Part shown: in pieces, positions 60,819 to 64,000 of the stretch
How the letters are laid out: each line of letters begins with the position of its first letter
Numbering within the stretch: the first letter of the stretch is position 1
NCBI GenBank assembly: GCA_965218435.1
Contig: CBDCKW010000009.1
Span: forward strand, 1,056,001-1,120,000
Length of the DNA stretch: 64,000 nt
Direction: 5' to 3'
Origin: Truepera sp.
GTDB taxonomy: Bacteria; Deinococcota; Deinococci; Deinococcales; Trueperaceae
Notes under the pieces: model-generated
What the model was told of the DNA's origin: nothing
Databases searched by the model: none
The model's input: only the letters and a program-made list of their open reading frames with translations
Program-made: the position numbers and the translations under genes

Positions 60819-62113
60819 TGGAAACTGCGGTCACCCTACTCATCACCTTTGCCCTGATCGGCACCTCGATGCCGATCGCTTTTGCGCTCGGTCTCAGCGC
60901 ACTTTTAGCACTGCTGCTCTTCGACGGCTTTTTCTCGTTACAGTTCTTGCCGAATATCCTCTTCGGCGGCCTGACCGACTTCGGCCTGATCGCCATCCCG
61001 ATGTTTATCGTGATGGGCACCGTAATCGCCTCGACCAAAGCGAGCAGCGACCTTTACGAATCGCTCCATCAGTGGCTCTACCGCGTTCCCGGTGGGCTCC
61101 TCATCTCAACTATTTTTGCTTCGATGATCTTTGCGGCTCTCTCGGGTTCGTCCCCGGCAACGAGCGCCGCCGTCGGCAAGATTGCCATTCCTGAAACCAA
61201 AAAACGTGGGTATCCCGCGCCGCTTTCAGCGGGAACCGTCGCCGCCGGGGGTACTTTGGGTATCTTGATTCCGCCCTCGGTGACGATGATTGTGTACGGC
61301 GTCGCCGCCGAAACGTCAATCGGCCGCCTGTTTATCGCTGGAATTATCCCCGGTCTGATGATGGTCGCGCTCTTTTCGTTATGGATTGTCGTCCGGATAC
61401 GCTGGCTCGGTATCGGCAAAGACATCAAAGCTGAGCGGGTTCCGCTCCGCGAACGTTTGCGCTTTTTGCCGCGCGTGCTGCCCTTTATGTCAATTATCGT
61501 GCTGATCTTGTGGGCGCTTTACGGCGGCGTTGCGACCCCTTCAGAGGCGGCGGGGGTCGCGGCGTTCGCTGCGTTTATCTTTGCAGTAGTACTCTACCGC
61601 ATCTGGCAACCTGCGGCTATCAGCCGGATTTTGACCGAAGGGGTCCGTGAATCGGTCATGCTGATGCTAATTATCGGAACGTCGGCGTTATTTGCCTATG
61701 CGCTTTCGTCTCTGTACATCACCCAATCGGCGGCCGAGGCGATTATTGCGATGAACCTGAGCCCGGTCATGCTGATGATTTTAATCAACATCTTTTTGCT
61801 GATCGCCGGATTTTTCTTGCCGCCCGTTTCGGTTATCGTGATGGCGATTCCCATCTTGCTGCCGATTATTGACGCCGCCGGGTTTAACCGTATCTGGTTC
61901 GGTGTGTTGATGACGCTCAATATGGAGATCGGGCTGATTACGCCGCCGGTCGGCCTCAACCTGTACGTCTTAAAAGGGATTGCGCCCGACCTCTCGTTCG
62001 GCGCGATCGTCCGGGGGTCGTATCCGTTCATGCTGCTACTGATTTTGGGAATGGCGCTGCTCTACTTGTTTCCAAGCTTGGCGACTTGGCTACCCACTAC
62101 GCTGATGGGCTGA
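60818..62113 (+). CDS. dctM: TRAP transporter large permease
   Basis: AIPMF, SGSS.A, GTLGILIPPS, ATPSEAA, ITPPVG.NL. Confidence 0.92.
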   Translation: METAVTLLITFALIGTSMPIAFALGLSALLALLLFDGFFSLQFLPNILFGGLTDFGLIAIPMFIVMGTVIASTKASSDLYESLHQWLYRVPGGLLISTIFASMIFAALSGSSPATSAAVGKIAIPETKKRGYPAPLSAGTVAAGGTLGILIPPSVTMIVYGVAAETSIGRLFIAGIIPGLMMVALFSLWIVVRIRWLGIGKDIKAERVPLRERLRFLPRVLPFMSIIVLILWALYGGVATPSEAAGVAAFAAFIFAVVLYRIWQPAAISRILTEGVRESVMLMLIIGTSALFAYALSSLYITQSAAEAIIAMNLSPVMLMILINIFLLIAGFFLPPVSVIVMAIPILLPIIDAAGFNRIWFGVLMTLNMEIGLITPPVGLNLYVLKGIAPDLSFGAIVRGSYPFMLLLILGMALLYLFPSLATWLPTTLMG

Positions 62114-62114
62114 G

Positions 62115-63461
62115 ATGAAGGTGGATTTCAGCACCTTTGGGCGTATTGCGCGGGACGTTCTGGGCTCGAGCCGCGACTACCTGACGCGGTTTAGAGACAG
62201 TTCGGGCGAGGCTGAAGATGAATTGACGGCGCTTCTCTCCACCCGCGGCGAGGTGGCGGGTATCGTCCTCGCGCAGGACATCTTGCAACGGTATCAAGCT
62301 CTGGACGACGCCGAAAAAAAACGCTTTTTACACCACTTAGCTGAAGATTTTGCGGCGGACGCCGCTGAGATTATCAGCGCGTCGCAGCGTTACCTGAAAG
62401 AACCTTCGGCGCGGCACTACGAAACGCTGATGAAAACGAGCGAACCGCCTCGCCAAGAGGTGTTGCGGCGGCTTAATACTGCGCCGGGCGGGACGCTGGC
62501 ATTGGTGCGGATGCGTGAAGACCTGCTCCGTTACCTGCGTGAAGCGAAGAGCGAGACCTTGGCGGCGCTCGATCTCGACTTTAATCACCTCTTCTCGAGC
62601 TGGTTTAATCGCGGCTTTTTGGGTGTCGAACGCATTGATTGGAATAGTCCAGCCGAGCTCTTAGAACGCATCATCCGCTACGAAGCCGTTCACGACATCG
62701 CCGACTGGGAAGATTTGCGGGGCCGGGTCAACGCGCCCGACCGTGCCTGCTATGCTTTTTTTCACCCGGTTTTAGGGGAAGAGCCGCTGATCTTCGTCGA
62801 GGTGGCCCTGACCAAAACCGTACCGAACAGTGTCCAGGCGCTCCTCGCCACTGACCGTGATATCATCCGGCCGCACGAGGCGAAAACGGCGGTGTTTTAC
62901 TCGATTTCAAACTGTCAGCCCGGTCTTAAAGGCATCTCGTTTGGCGCATTTTTGATCAAACAAGTTCTTCAAGAGCTGAGCCAAACCTATCCGAACCTAA
63001 CGACTTGGGTGACGCTCTCGCCGGTACCCGGGTTTACGCGCTGGCTGGCGAAGGGTGACGCTGGTGACGCCGACGAGGGCGCTGAAGCAGATGCGGCAGC
63101 GAAAGTGACTGAGTTGCAGGGAGATTTAGAAGGTGTTTTGGCAACTCCGTTGAGAGAACGCAGCGAGCAGCTAGCGCCTTATGACCGTGACCTCGAGACC
63201 TTGGCGCTTCGCTACTTTACCCAGGCCAAACGCGCTTCGGGTGTCCCGGCGGTTGACCCGGTGGCCCGCTTTCACCTAAATAATGGAGCCAGGCTGCTCC
63301 ATATCCATCCTCGAGCCGACCTCTCAGCCAAAGGGCTTAAAGAAAGCCTCGGCCTGATGGTCAACTATCAGTACGAACCCAAAAAGATGCTCGAGCACCA
63401 CGAAGCTTACGCGACCAAACAGCAGGTCGTGCTGGCAAGGGAGCTGGCCAAACGGCTTTAG
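62115..63461 (+). CDS. Malonyl-CoA decarboxylase (MatA/MCD type)
   Basis: SWFNRGFL, YEAVH.I..W.DL, EPLIFVEVALT, FYSISNCQ.GL.GISFG, TLSPVPGF, DPVARFHL.NGA, MVNY. Confidence 0.93.
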   Translation: MKVDFSTFGRIARDVLGSSRDYLTRFRDSSGEAEDELTALLSTRGEVAGIVLAQDILQRYQALDDAEKKRFLHHLAEDFAADAAEIISASQRYLKEPSARHYETLMKTSEPPRQEVLRRLNTAPGGTLALVRMREDLLRYLREAKSETLAALDLDFNHLFSSWFNRGFLGVERIDWNSPAELLERIIRYEAVHDIADWEDLRGRVNAPDRACYAFFHPVLGEEPLIFVEVALTKTVPNSVQALLATDRDIIRPHEAKTAVFYSISNCQPGLKGISFGAFLIKQVLQELSQTYPNLTTWVTLSPVPGFTRWLAKGDAGDADEGAEADAAAKVTELQGDLEGVLATPLRERSEQLAPYDRDLETLALRYFTQAKRASGVPAVDPVARFHLNNGARLLHIHPRADLSAKGLKESLGLMVNYQYEPKKMLEHHEAYATKQQVVLARELAKRL

Positions 63462-63537
63462 CAGCGTTTAGGACGGCTGAACCCGTCTCTCGCTAAGCGT
63501 ACAGTCACCACTACAATTCCAAACGGTAGGTACCGCT

Positions 63538-64000
63538 ATGAAACCTCTTGAAAATTTGCGCGTTTTAGACCTCTCCCGTATTTTGAGCGGTCCTTACTGC
63601 ACGATGGTCTTAGCCGACTTCGGCGCAGATGTAGTCAAGATCGAGCGCCCCGGTAGTGGCGACGATACCCGGAGCTGGGTGCCGCCATTTATCGGCGACG
63701 AATCGGCCTACTTTTTGTCGGTCAACCGCAACAAACGCAGCCTCACTTTGGACCTCAAAACGCCTGCAGGTAAAGAGGTCCTCTTGCGGCTAGCTAAGTG
63801 GGCGGACGTGGTTGTCGAAAACTTCCGCCCCGGTACCGCTGAAAAGCTCGGCATCGGTTACGACACGCTTAAAGAACTTAATCCCCGCCTGATTTACTGC
63901 GCGATTTCCGGGTTTGGGCAGACCGGCCCCTACCGCGATAAACCGGGGTACGACGCGGTGGGGCAGGCGATGGGCGGACTGATGAGCGTAACCGGCTACC
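63538..64000 (+). CDS. Class III (CaiB/BaiF) CoA-transferase, runs off the window
   Basis: Manual translation MKPLENLRVLDLSRILSGPYCTMVLADFGADVVKIERP..GDDTR...NRNKRS...ENFRPG...GYD. Confidence 0.92.
   Translation, partial: MKPLENLRVLDLSRILSGPYCTMVLADFGADVVKIERPGSGDDTRSWVPPFIGDESAYFLSVNRNKRSLTLDLKTPAGKEVLLRLAKWADVVVENFRPGTAEKLGIGYDTLKELNPRLIYCAISGFGQTGPYRDKPGYDAVGQAMGGLMSVTGY

Overview
A GC-rich bacterial chromosomal window, probably Deinococcota (Trueperaceae-like; inferred from gene content). Most of it is housekeeping: yvcK-rapZ, aroA-cmk-NAD kinase, zapE, tgt, carA, dtd, recN, sufE and the DNA-repair genes ATL, MPG and family-4 UDG. Accessory modules are interspersed: a type III PKS/methyltransferase/FAD-monooxygenase cluster, three Tat-type sulfatases (the middle one broken), a phosphoglycosyl-transferase/formyltransferase/PIG-L trio, a TRAP plus malonyl-CoA decarboxylase plus CoA-transferase operon, crtI, an ABA4-like gene, an APH(3')-like kinase, and an OmpR two-component system behind a secreted low-complexity protein. 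Two IS5-family elements with TA duplications interrupt a HIT gene and an astacin protease gene, and two inverted MITE-like copies bracket one glycosyltransferase-like gene. The most unusual observation is that one IS transposase carries two related 36 and 38 bp hairpin micro-insertions in opposite orientation. Both sit at a CCA(C/T) site with no target duplication, and the second IS carries another insert of about 25-27 bp. This suggests a tiny mobile hairpin element that parasitises IS elements. Also notable are strong over-representation of CTCGAG, a cysteine-free family-4 UDG, and a near-consensus orphan promoter with an operator palindrome and an immediate terminator. No rRNA, complete tRNA or CRISPR array was seen.
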